Of a DNA stretch of 64,000 nucleotides, positions 36,945-49,165 are shown one piece after another (the first letter of the stretch is position 1; each line of letters begins with the position of its first letter). The translations under genes were made by a program, and so were the position numbers. The stretch is from Neophaeotheca triangularis (Eukaryota). The stretch covers positions 124,001-188,000 of the forward strand of contig BAAIJX010000002.1 of NCBI GenBank assembly GCA_054600435.1, given 5' to 3'. A model generated the notes under the pieces. That model was not told the origin of the DNA and ran no database searches. It was given only the letters and a program-made list of their open reading frames with translations.

Positions 36945-38590
36945 ATGGCCTCACCCAGCCGTCTTCCCTCAGTCCGTCGCAAACCCGGCACCTCCGGAGG
37001 TAGCGCAAGTAGGCCGGTCTCCTTGATCCACGTACGGCACCCGTCCCCTTTTGGCCGGTGGACATAATTGCTGAAGCTAGGTAGGACGTTTCATTGAGAC
37101 CACCAGCAGATTACAAGAGCGAGGCTGTCGGGTTGAAGAGGCGGAGTTTGCTGCCGCAGTGCTCCCGCGATGATTTGAGGGAGAAGGTGTTGGAGCATGG
37201 ATCGGGTGGGGAAGAGACGGTGAGGGCGGCGCGGGAGGATGCTTTGGCTGCGTTGGAGGAGAGGAGAGATATTCCACCGCCGGCCTCGGTGACGCAGAGT
37301 TCCAGGCTCGCAAGGCCGACGTCTATGCGGCCTCCTGCTCCTCCTTCGCAGACAGCTAGACCGCGTTCTGTGAGATTGGAGAAAGGGGAAAGTGTGGCGG
37401 ATAAGCCAACGTCCGGGAATAGGAACAGCATGTCGTCTCAGGCCGGGTCAATGGCAAGCAAACGTGCCCCTGTTGTTTCGAGTAGTGGGTTGCAAAGGAC
37501 GGCTTCAGTAAGGACAGCGCAGAGCTCTACGCCTCTTGCCCGTTCAGCCAGCACTCAAAGAAAGCCGCCCACACATTCGAGGAACGCAAGTACTGCCTCC
37601 ACGAACAACATAGAGGTATCCGGAAAACGAGACTCGGTACAGCGAAAGCGGCCCGCATCAATCGACACAGATCAAGAAAGCCGTCCCAGCAGCGGCGCCT
37701 CCGCGAGATCACCCCACACCTCAACGAATGCACGTCCAAGCGCTCGTACGCAAATGCCGCCACCCTCACGGCCTTCTTTCACAACATATCAGCAACACTA
37801 CTCACCAGCAAAGTCCACCCTGCCCAAACCACCTTTGCCACCAGCCAAACCGTCTAAGCCCGCTATACCGAGCCAGAACGAGCCAGCCGCGACTTTCGAA
37901 ACGACAAAACAACAGATTGAATTGCTGCAGCTATCGCTACTACATCAAGCTTCGGGTAAAGTGCAGCGCGAGTACGAAGCCAGCGCGAAGCGTAAATTGG
38001 GCAAACGGCACGCACAGCTTTGCAGGAAGTTTGAAAGCATTAAAACGGCGGAAACGGAGCAGACTAGGCTTGGCAATTTGGAGGCACTGGCCGCGTGGAG
38101 TGGTACAGACACTGCGATCTTGCTGGAAAATTTGCAAGTGCTCGGAAGGGTCTATGGTGAAGTGTCGGTGCTGGCGACAGAGGGTAGTCGGTACAGCGAG
38201 CTGGTCAGGGAATTTGAGTCTTGGACTGACAACGCTGAGGCGAAGCTCGAGAATGGAAATGGAGAGGTAGGTTTCGTGGAACCTCTGCGGGATGAGTGGC
38301 GGGACGTGCAGGCTTCGTTGGCTCTAAAGTTGCGGACGTCGCAAAGAGAGTTGGGTACCTTACCGCCGGTGCCACGGGGGCTTGAGCAATCGAGTCTTGG
38401 GGTCATGCTGGGATGTTGCCATGGTTTGGTTAGGGGAATGAGTAAGGAGATTGATGTTATGTCGGCTGTTGAGAGGGAAGTGCTTGCGAGGGAAAAGCGG
38501 AGGGTCGACGAGGCAGTGAAGCGTACACTCAAAGGGGGTGTGGATGACAGGAAACGGCCATGGACGCCTGCATGGCAGAAGGCTGGGTAG
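36945..38590 (+). CDS. Uncharacterised protein: Ser/Arg/Pro-rich N-terminus plus coiled-coil C-terminus
   Basis: ~500-codon open frame with RPSFTTYQQHYSP and QIELLQLSLLH blocks; exon 1 inferred (36945-37004) via a GC-AG intron. Confidence 0.75.
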
Positions 38591-38903
38591 AATGATTGTT
38601 CTGCGGGTTACGTGCGTGATTGCTTTGACGAGCGTTGGAAATGATACCCTTTGTTGATGTTACCATTACAAATCTAAGATAAGATGCGGGAAGTGAAGTG
38701 AAGAGAAGGTGAATAATGTTTCCAACAAACCCCTCACGCCCGCGGCTTCCCCCATTCGAGAGAGCACCTGCAAAGCAAAACGTGGGGTAATGGAAGTTGG
38801 CGGGCTTAGGTTTACAACACATATGGAACCCTCAAGTTCCTACATCTCCGTCGACAACTTTTCCCCTTAAGCCCGTCCCTAACTGACATATTTCCCCGCC
38901 AAG

Positions 38904-41672
38904 ATGGAAACGCCAATGAATAACAACACACCGCAGAGTCTGGGTCCCGGTACGGAGAGTGGCAGGGGCAAGAAGCGCAAGAGCAGCCCACGGTCAATGG
39001 TGCCTCGGTCGCGAACAGGATGGTGAGTGAGTGAGTGAGACTGGAGAGAGAACAATGAACGGGCCGCGTCGGGCGACATGCCAAAACAACAAAACCCACG
39101 TCGTTGAAGTATTATTCCTTAGGTACACACCGGCTAACCTTCCTCTCATATGTTGTAGCCTCACTTGCCGTACGCGAAAGGTGCGCATACATCACCCCTC
39201 CTCCCCTCCTCTCCGTACCTCGAGGTCGTGTTCGAGACGGCAGCGCTGACTTTTCCCGTGTAGCTGAAATGCAGCGAGGAGCGCCCCGTCTGCGCGCAAT
39301 GCGTCAAAGCCAAGCGCGAGTGCGTACCCAGCTCCGGCATCACCTTCCGACACCAGCAGAACCCGTCGATGAATGGCAAAATCGAGGGCGACGACGGCAG
39401 TTTGAAGAGCTTCTACGGCTACAAGGAGACTTTTGGTAGGGAGAGCGTATGGGTCGATGTGCCGCAGCACCTGACGTTCGTGCACACCAACAATCCATAT
39501 GAGGATGAGGATGGCGAGGTATTTGCGGCGAACCCCCAGAATCAGACGCAGAACGGTGGCAGGACGGGCTCTCAGGGGCAGCAGAGGCAGCAGAGTGGGC
39601 AGTGGGATTATGAGGGCGGCGGGGATGCATATGCTTCTGGCAATGGCGGTGACGCATGGGGCCAGAATCAACAAATGTACGCAACGCATGGACTAGAGGC
39701 TCTCAGCGCCGTCGCCAGTAGCCAGGACCAGTACAGCTACGCGCCACCACCGGCTCCCATGAGCATGCATACGGAGAGGCCGCCTTCACAGCATTCACAC
39801 CCATCCATGTCCGCCAATACGAGTCCGCAGCAGAACAACGCATTGCCTCCGAGCCAGGGACTGGACTTCATCCTCAACCCACCTGCCGTGCCTGACGCGA
39901 CCAACAACATCGACCCCCAGCTGAGCGATCAGACTCCCGATCAGAAGCCACAGCCGCCACAATTCCAGCAGCAGCAACAGCAACAGCATCCTCCCCAACA
40001 GCAGGAGACGCCGCAAAGCCCTGGCAATGTACGTACCAACCCGCTGCAGCCCGTTAAGCAGCCTTACTTACCAATGCAAGGACACCATCGCGTCGATTCT
40101 ACGAGCCGAGATCCAGCAATAGAGGACCCTGAGCTGTGCTTTTTGCTGCGCGACTACTCGGAAAGAGCTGGCCTATGGATGGACCTGTTCGACCTGGGCT
40201 TGTTCTTTTCGGCGAGTGTGCCTTTGTGGGCAGTATCTTGCCCATTGCTCTTGTACTCGGCCGTCGCATTATCTGCGAAAAGTCTCAGTAGAGTCGACGG
40301 TAGGAAGCCCATCGTGTATGGACAAGGCTCTTCTCCGTCGACGCAGAGCAATATGAAGCACTGGCCCGGGTACCCTATGAACTCCGAGGAATGGCTCAGG
40401 AAGGGTCGAGAATACTATGACATTGCTGTCTCTTTGTTGAGGCAATCGCTCTCTGGCGCCTCGCGCCCTTCCACGTCTTCGCTACCCACAGATGCTACAT
40501 CGTTCACGATAACCATGGCACAAGGCGCACCACTCCCCGCGCCTGACTCGGACGAGCTCGTGGCAGCGACCGCAATACTCTGTGTGTACGAGTTTCTAGA
40601 TGCCAGTGGCGCCGAATGGAGCAGGCACCTAGACGGCGCAAAGAGCTTGTTCGAAATTGCAAAAGATCGCATGATACCCTTAACACTACCACCGTCTCCT
40701 GTATCGTTAGCGCAGCAAGTCACGCGGCAGCTCGCTGGTCACATAGACCATGACACTTCAAATCCCGGCAGATCCGTCAGCAGTGCTCGAGTGGCCATTT
40801 TCTGGAATTTCGCACGTCAAGACATGCTCAGCGCATTCATCAATCACACACAGACACGGCTTGACACATCAGACCTGAAGATGTGGCGAGGCGGAGGCCT
40901 AAAGCTAACCACAGAAGGCTTCATCTGTCCCTCGAACCCCAAACACCCCGACTACCACCCCGAAACCGCAATGTCCGACGACACAATCTCCAACGCACTC
41001 ATCTGGTTGACGATGAAACTCGTCAATTTCATCGCCGCCGGCGACGAAGTCACCTCCAGCCCCTCTCCCCTCGGCCTAGGCGTCCGCCAACGCGAACTCC
41101 TAACCTATTGGGAAGGTCTAGACACACAGCTACAAACCTGGCACGCAGGGCTCCCAGACTCCTTTCACGCGCCCGCCCGCCATCGTCCTTCCAAAGAAAC
41201 TCCCTTCCCCGCCAGCGACGAAGAATGGTTCCCTCGTTCCATGTGCGCGAGCACCATGCAGCACTTCCACTTCGCGCGCATCCAACTCCTTCACAACAAA
41301 CCCGAGCTCTCCACCGGTCACCGCTCAGCTTCCAGCGCCCCTGGCACATCCCTCGCAGCCCGCCACGCTACTTACACAGCCATCTTGCACCAATCCCGGC
41401 GCCACGCCAAGGAGATCGTGGCTATCGGGCTCGGCCGCACCGACGAGGGCGCGCGCGTGCACGCCGTGCAACCTCTTTGGACTGCTGGACTTGTGCTGGG
41501 GAACGAAAACGCTGCTGGAGAGGGCGCGGTGGTGAGCGACGAGACGGTTTACTGGAGGCGCACTATCGTTGGCTTGTTGAGGGGAATCGAGAGGGACATG
41601 GGTTGGGCTAGTGAGTATAGGGTACGGGGGCTGTTGGACCTTTGGGGGCTAGAAGAGAATTGGGGCTTGTAG
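38904..41672 (+). CDS. Zn(II)2Cys6 transcription factor; exons 38904-39022, 39159-39180, 39264-41672
   Basis: Splicing gives SRTGCLTCRTRKLKCSEERPVCAQCVKAKREC; Gln-rich linker; fungal TF domain (WMDLFD, ILCVYEFLD, WSRHLDG, FWNFARQD). Confidence 0.93.
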
Positions 41673-44600
41673 GTCATATGACGCTACTGAGGAGCTCCGC
41701 CAAATGATGGGAGAGTGACGTGAACGGGTCGTTTTGTTTCCGATTGATGAACGAGGAGGCTGGGGGAGAGTCATTCGGTGGCAATTGGACCCGATACTCT
41801 GGCTCCCGGGCTCGCTTACCGAGCCTGGCTCATATTCCAGTTCGGTCCCCGGGGCGAGCTACGCCGGTGCTGTAGCTGTGGACGGCACTCTTACTGACTC
41901 TGATGAGGAACGACTACTATGAATAATAATCCACGATACCTGCCTATTTCTATTTTTCGCTACCACCACGTGCGGCCGTCCGTTTCCACTGCATAATCCT
42001 TGCGGATCGTGAGTATCAACCGTTGCACGCCACAGCGCCTCATCAAATGGCGATTCTAGGTTCCACTACTGCCTGCCTGCGCCACCCCATCCACTCGCTC
42101 GTTGCTACGCCAGTAATTCTAGTCCTATCCCTCTCTCCCGCGCTATCGAAAACCTCTCCTCTTCTCGAGTTACTACTTGCCCCGGCGTGCCCGAGTTGCA
42201 AACACACCCACGACTCGTTCAACGTATGATCCACCGTGTCCCGATACCTCTGCAGTCTCCTCCAAGAACGGGGGTGTAGAAACTCCCTGCTGGGATCCGG
42301 ATGGCGAGGAGGGGGATAAAGTGCTAATTTCGCTACTTTGAATCTCATCATTATTTCCGCGTGATTCATGGTCTTTTGCATTCCCTGTGGGGGAAGCAGT
42401 CGTCCCGCGAGATCTAGAAAAGAGCCGGCTGCACGCGACTGCCGCCGCAAAACTTTCGCAATACGTTGAAAGAGTAGGGTACTACAGATTCTGAAACAGA
42501 CGGCGTCGCGAGAGCAGTCCGGTTCGGCATGGAGGAGAGGAAGAGGAAGAGGAAGAAGGAAAAGCGTGATGTGGCATGTGACGCGCGCCTGCACTCGTTC
42601 CCATTGGGAAACCCTGCACGTCGCGTTATCGCAAGCGTTCGTCCACGGTGTTCGCTCTGTTCTGCTTGACTTGGCCGTCGCGGCACTTTGCAGCCATGTG
42701 TGTGTGTACTCTTGTAGACTTGCACATCTCTTGTTCCGGTTCCTGGGCATGTGTATTCTCCGGACTTTGGCTGCTCTGGGTTGCGGACTTGTAGGAAGCT
42801 TGACATGGTTCGATTTTCTTGGTCTCTTCTAGAGGAATACGTCACTACTGGTGTGTGTCTTTAGTGATGTTTGGGTTTTCTTGGGAGCTGTGAGTGTTTT
42901 GGGTAGAAGAAAGGGCTTGTTCGGTTTCCCCGGGTGTTTGCATGTGACACTTTTAGTCTTTTGATTTGGCTGTGGTATTGGAGAAGTGTCGGGATTGCAC
43001 GGGGGAACGAGCGTGGCGATGGGTTCTTTTGCACGTGGCGGCATGAAGTAGGTTTTTGACTTGCATGTGGTTTGGTGGTGTGTACACGTTCGTATCTTTC
43101 ATGGCGTTATGATAGACTGAGAAGGGCATTTGAGAGGGTTGGGGCTGGCGATGCAAGGGGTGTGGCACAAGGTATAGTCTATTGCTTTACGACGGTAGCC
43201 CTGCCATGCCAACTTTCTCTGCTATGCCGTGGTCATGGCGACGAGGACAGATCAACAATATTAATGAAGAGGTGAGGTTGGCATAGTGGAGTCTTGGAGC
43301 GGGGAACGGGAGCTTCGAAGCCAAACTTCAAAGTATCCCTGTACTGGGAGGCTGTACCTAGGTAGACACTCGACTGTCATAGGAATGTGGGTGGCGAGAT
43401 TGATCGTGGAGGTATTTGAGACTTCGCGATTGGTCGTTCTATTTCGATTTTTTTCGCAACGTATAATAATAAGGCGCTACTATGGCATCGATTAGTTCGA
43501 GCCAGCTGTTGTCGGAATAACGATTGCAACTACTATCTCGTTGAGGCTCCGTAGCCAGGTAACTGGGTACTACTAACTTCTACTTCCTCGTTCCCGTGGC
43601 GGTACCAGAGTACGTACAAGTGATACCACCATCGTTGGCGTCGCTCCCGCCGATCGAATCGTCTCTCCCGGTAACGGTCACCCAGCCACCCAGCCACCCG
43701 CTCTCCCCGTTGCTCGATCTTTGGGCCCCCTTCGGTGGACTCTCTGTTTCTGCGAGCACGTCGTCGAGGCAACTCCTCCCCGACTGTGCCTGTCAGCCTC
43801 TACCGCGACCGTTTGACTGTAAAAAAAAAAGACTTTGAGACTTTGAAACTTCACTGACCATTGTAGGTAGATCGCCCATTATCTTCTAGAGTCGAGAGAC
43901 GACGATCTCTATAAAATGATAGTTAATATTAAGACGTGCAACTGTCTTGCCTCCGGTTGCCTTCTCGATTGAGCCAACCACGCCAGCCTTCCACCAGCGC
44001 CTGATTTAGCGCGGTGCTTGCTTTTAGTGCCACCTCATCATGCTGTGAGATGAGAGCAGGCGGCAGAGGCTCAGAGCCACATAACGTAGTTCGAACATGC
44101 TGCCGTGCTACCCAGCCCTGCGTCTGCTTTTGCTTCTGCATCTGCGTCTGCATCTGCATCAGCGTCATGACCTCGTCGGGCGGAGCTCCCAAGACTAGGG
44201 TTTCTCATCTTCACCCTAGCTTCCAAGAAATTAGTAGCTAAAGAGGATTAGATGCCCAAGAAATGGCAGTTTTACGGTCTTGTCGCTGCCCCATCAATGT
44301 TTGCATGGATGGATCAGAATAACGTGATAAGATGGGCGTGGGAGACAAAGCTGGCAAGATCCGATCGAGTGGATGAACGCCAACGTCGGCCCAATCTGAA
44401 CCTGATCGAGGAGCGGCCCGTCATGCACGCTCGGACTTTTGAAAGCTTTTGATTGGCCACCCCAACGTCAATTCATCGAATATCCCAGCTGCTGTACTTT
44501 TCGAGATCATCCCGCTCCAAGTGATGCGCTCACACTCCGCATCCCCACCATGAAGTCCGAAAACTGTCATCCTCTATAGTCTATACCTACAACCAGGTCA

Positions 44601-45221
44601 CGTCAGGCTTGTCTTCGTCCATCTCTCTTTCTCGATTGCCACTTGGAGAAAATGGGTCCGTGGAAATGACCGAGGAGCCATTCTGTCTAGCTAATCCCTC
44701 GATTCGTCGACGAGCTTTAAGCCTCCTGAGCTATACCATGGGCTATCTCGGGCGTTGCCCTGATCGACCTGTGCGACGCCACGAGCGGGAGATGCTTATC
44801 GTGTCCAGGCATCTACCGCCCTTTTGCGGTCCACTACCCTCAACCGTTGGCCCGTATGGCTGTCCGAGTTGCAAAATGACAGACGCTACTCGAGCTAATC
44901 CAACATCAGAAGGCTGTGAACGGACCGCGGCATGTCTCAAAGAACTTCACTCTGGCCCAGGGATATGGATTTGCCTTGGCCGTAATATATAGAAGCTTGG
45001 CCTCTCAGCCTCTTCCGTTGTCATGTTGGATTGAAGTTTACAGCCTCGTGGATACCTGTCTTGGTTTTTTTTTCTTTCTATCTTTAACGCATTGGCAGTT
45101 GTGGAGCACATCGTGCCATCAGTGCAATTTGGGCTTGGTTGCCTGCATATATTGCTGTAGCTCCTCCCTCGCTCTCCCGGATTTCTTCGAAGACCTTCAG
45201 TTGCCACATACACTTTTTAAT

Positions 45222-47387
45222 ATGACAAGCTTACTATCTGCATTAGCCCTTGGGCTTGCTGCAACTACCCCAGTATTGGCACAACAAGGTCAAAGGGGAG
45301 GATGGTGGAGGGGACAAGGTCAGAGCGCTGGCAGTCCCGAGTACACAGAGAAGTTCCAGCATCCGCTGTACAATCCAGACGTTGCACAGATCGCTTAGTA
45401 TGTCCAACGTCCAGATCCCTTCCATGGTTCCATTGCTAACCCACGTGCAGCTCAGAAGAGATCGATGGGCGGACGATCGACTATTACGAGCTCTCAATTA
45501 CGAACTTCACCCAACAAATATATCCTAATCTGGGACCGGCGCACCTCGTCGGCTTCAATGGAACGACCCCTGGACCTACGTTTTGGGTGGAGCGAGGGCA
45601 TGAGACGGTAGTGAGGATAACAAACGACCACGACATGCCTTCCAACGTTCACCTTCACGGCTCGCCCAACCATGCCGTGTGGGATGGTTGGGCCAACGAT
45701 TTGATCGACCCCGGACAATACAAAGATTATTACTTCCCCAACTACGAGTCCGCAAGACCGATCTGGTACCACGGTCACCGTGACCAGCACACTGCCAACG
45801 ATGCTTACGAAGGTCAAGCGGGCGTGTACATGATCTACGACCCCGAAGAGGACAAGCTTGGCCTGCCAAGCGGTAACTACGACACTTTGCTTATCATTTC
45901 CGACAAGAGATATCAGGAAGATGGTAATATCGCGTGGGACGACCGGGAAGTGATGAATGTCTTTGGCGACATCATTCAAGTCAACGAGAGGCCGTGGCCT
46001 TACAAGAATGTCGAACCTCGCAAGTACCGTTTAAGGCTATTCGACATGTCGCTGAGTAGGCCTTACGACCTCTACTTTGAAGACCCCGATGGCGAGTGGA
46101 TTGACTTCAAGGTCATTGCCTCTGACGCAGGCTTGCTGCGCAACTCGATCGACTCCAACGATGTCACCATCTCGCCCGGTGAGCGGTACGAAGTTGTCAT
46201 CGACTTTGCCGGCTACGAGGGCAAGGACATCTACCTCAAGAACAAGCTTCAGATGAACCAAGTCAACGAATTTGACAGCACAAACGACATTATGAAGTTC
46301 ACAGTCGGCGACAAGGTTAGCGACACCACCAACAATGGTGACGTTCCCGAGATTCTCAACGACAATATCGCCTTTCCACCGGACAAGGGCAATGTCGACA
46401 GAGTCTTCAACTTCCAAATGGGTGGCGACGATGTGTGGACTATCAACGGTGTTTCGTTCGACAACGTCAACAACCGTGTCCTCGCGAAGCCCCCTCAAGG
46501 TACCGTCGAGCTTTGGGAGTTCAGGCACACGGGTGGTCCATCTGTGCATCCCGTACACGTCCACCTCGTCGCTTTCCAGGTCATCAGCCGCGAGGGTGGC
46601 CGCCGTGGCCTCCTGCCCTACGAATCCGCCGGTCTCAAGGATGTCGTTCTGCTCGAGCCCGGCGAGGTCGTTCAAGCACTCGCATACTTCGGCCCGTGGA
46701 ACGGACTGTAAGCAAATTATCTCCTCCCACCCGTCAAAACACACCCAACTAACAACCCCACCCCCCAGCTACATGTTCCACTGTCACAACCTAATCCACG
46801 AAGACAACGCCATGATGGCAGCCTTCAACGTCTCGCGCCTCGAGCTGCTCGGCTACGAAGACTACGACGTCAACCTCGCCGACCCGATGGGCAGCAAATA
46901 CAGCGCCAAAGACCAGCCGGCGCCGGAGCCCGTCGACGCCGTCCGCGAGCTCGCCGCCCTGCACGCTTACAAAGACCCCTACGGCCTCAAAGCCGCGCAA
47001 AAGAGCTACTACGCCGAGCACGGCGGCTACCCGGCCGCCACGCCCACGGGCCAGCAACAAGGCGGCCCTCCCATGAGTTTCGGCGACGGTTTCGCCGTCC
47101 CCCACAATTTCGCCGGTCCCACGCCCGCTCCCAACTACAACGGCCGCAACCACTGGTTCGGCCAGCCCGGCAGCGGCCAGGGCGGCGAGTTCGGCGGACC
47201 CCCTGGTGGTGACCAGGAGCAGGAGGGCGGCCCTCCGAGCGACGATGGCGACTCGCCGCAAGGTCCGCCCCAAGGCCAGTCTGGCCCACCCCAAGGCCGG
47301 CCTCAAGGTCAAAACGGCCCGCCCTCCGGCAGCGGTGGTTGGGGCGGACGCGGTGGCCATGGGCGCGGAGGCCGTTGGGGAAGGTAG
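45222..47387 (+). CDS. Secreted multicopper oxidase, bilirubin-oxidase/CotA type; exons 45222-45397, 45451-46707, 46769-47387
   Basis: Signal peptide MTSLLSALALGLAATTPVLA; copper motifs VHLHG, WYHGH, HPVHVH, HCHNLIHEDNAMM (axial Met); WDGWA and GLKDVV typical of BOD-like enzymes. Confidence 0.92.
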
Positions 47388-49165
47388 AGGAGATTTGAGA
47401 GAGATTCCCGCGATCTTGCCTGTCCGTCCTCTCTGGCTTGCTTCCCACCTCTCCAACTCGGCCGCGCTTTTTACGTTTTTGTGAATGTTGTACATACCCG
47501 CCTGTCGCTTTGGGCTTTTTACTTGATGCGGAGATAGATTACTTGTGATATTTAGCTTAATGTAATGTTTTTTGTTTGGAACCATTTTTTTCGGAACAAG
47601 TTTTAGTTTTGGTACAGAGCGAATCGGGTATGTCTGTTCATTGTCTCTCCGATTTTCATAAAATATCTTCGATGGTTTTGTCAGACACAACCTTAGGCTT
47701 AGTGTATCCTGTTTTGAGTGAGTTGGGAGAACATGCGAAGGAGGAGATTCATGCCTGAGGCATGTCTGCTAAGAACACACATCCGGATCTTGTGATTCTA
47801 GACAGTAGTTTAGTTCTCCTGCTAACCGATCGTTTTTAATCTCTCGCCTTGCGTGTACAGCATAGCTGGCCAACCCGCAAAAACTACCTTGACCCCCGAC
47901 GAGGCCGCCGAGGTCCTCGTCAATCTTGTATTAACAAGCATTATCATTCAAGCAATCTTGGAGCATACCCTAAGGGTACGATTTTCGTTGCTGTCGTCGG
48001 AGATGTTTTGATCAGCACGTATCATGGCATGGTCAGTCAAGCGGTAGGGAGGATCACCACCCTTCAAGTCTACAGAGAAGCGAACCCTTAGGGTGAGAGT
48101 TTGAGTGAACGCTTTCTTGGAGACGGGCGATAAAAGAGGGATTACAACTCAATATTTTTATCACCATAGCAATCGTATGTCAACTCTTTTAGACTTGACG
48201 TGCGGAATAGTAACCGTGTTTCTAAGTCGGGCAGTCTCACACCGTTCTTGTTCACGTGTCGCGCGACTCGCGAGATGAGGCTCTGCAAACAAGAGTGGAC
48301 CAAGCTCCACACGCACGCTCGCTAGGCAAAGCTTCGGCCAGAGACTTCGACCAGGTACTTGCATCAATCTTCGGCTTGGTTCGCTTCCGATGGTGTTGTG
48401 GATAAAGGAAGGATGCTTTTTTTTTCATCTCTTTTTTTTTTACGACATGATTAATGGCCGCAGCTCATGCATGGCAGCATCGATACAATCGATGGGTGAG
48501 AAGAAAGGGGAGTAATGATTCAGAAGACGGGCGCCCATGCTCAAGCGATACCAAGAAACGCGGCAAGAAATGATGCGAATTAAACATAGCCCTAGATGCT
48601 ACTAAAACCAAGAATGCTTAGCGACGCCAATACGACGAGTCTAAAAGTGGGCCGGTGGCTGATGAACGGCACACTTCCCCCCCCCCTCCTACGCAACGCA
48701 CCGGCCGTTACAGCGGCCACAACCCGAGTCCACCTCGATACAGGGCTGACAGTCGGATAGCAAACACGGCATTCTATACAGCAAACCAAAGCCCAAACAA
48801 GCCAAATCTGGAGTCTGGAGCTTTACTTCGTGGAGAACAGCCGCTCTGGAGTCTTCTTTGATGATCGAAGCGGGGTGACAACTGCGGAGATTCAGACGTC
48901 TTCCATCCCTCTTCAACCCTACGAGGTACAACGACCCTCAAAGTCTACGGAATCGGTAGGCGAGCTAGGTGGGTCGTGTGTGTTATTCTTGTCTCGTTTT
49001 TCCCAAGGTATACCCCCCTCGGTCAACTCCTAGCCTTGCTTACCTTTCTCTCCTCTCCTATTTTCTGCTGCTGCTTTCTCTTCTTAAGGCCCTGTCGCGG
49101 GTCTTCCTCTACTTTCTTCAGATCCATCCCCTCCACAACAGCCTCGCGACAATCCCCAGCCTAAC

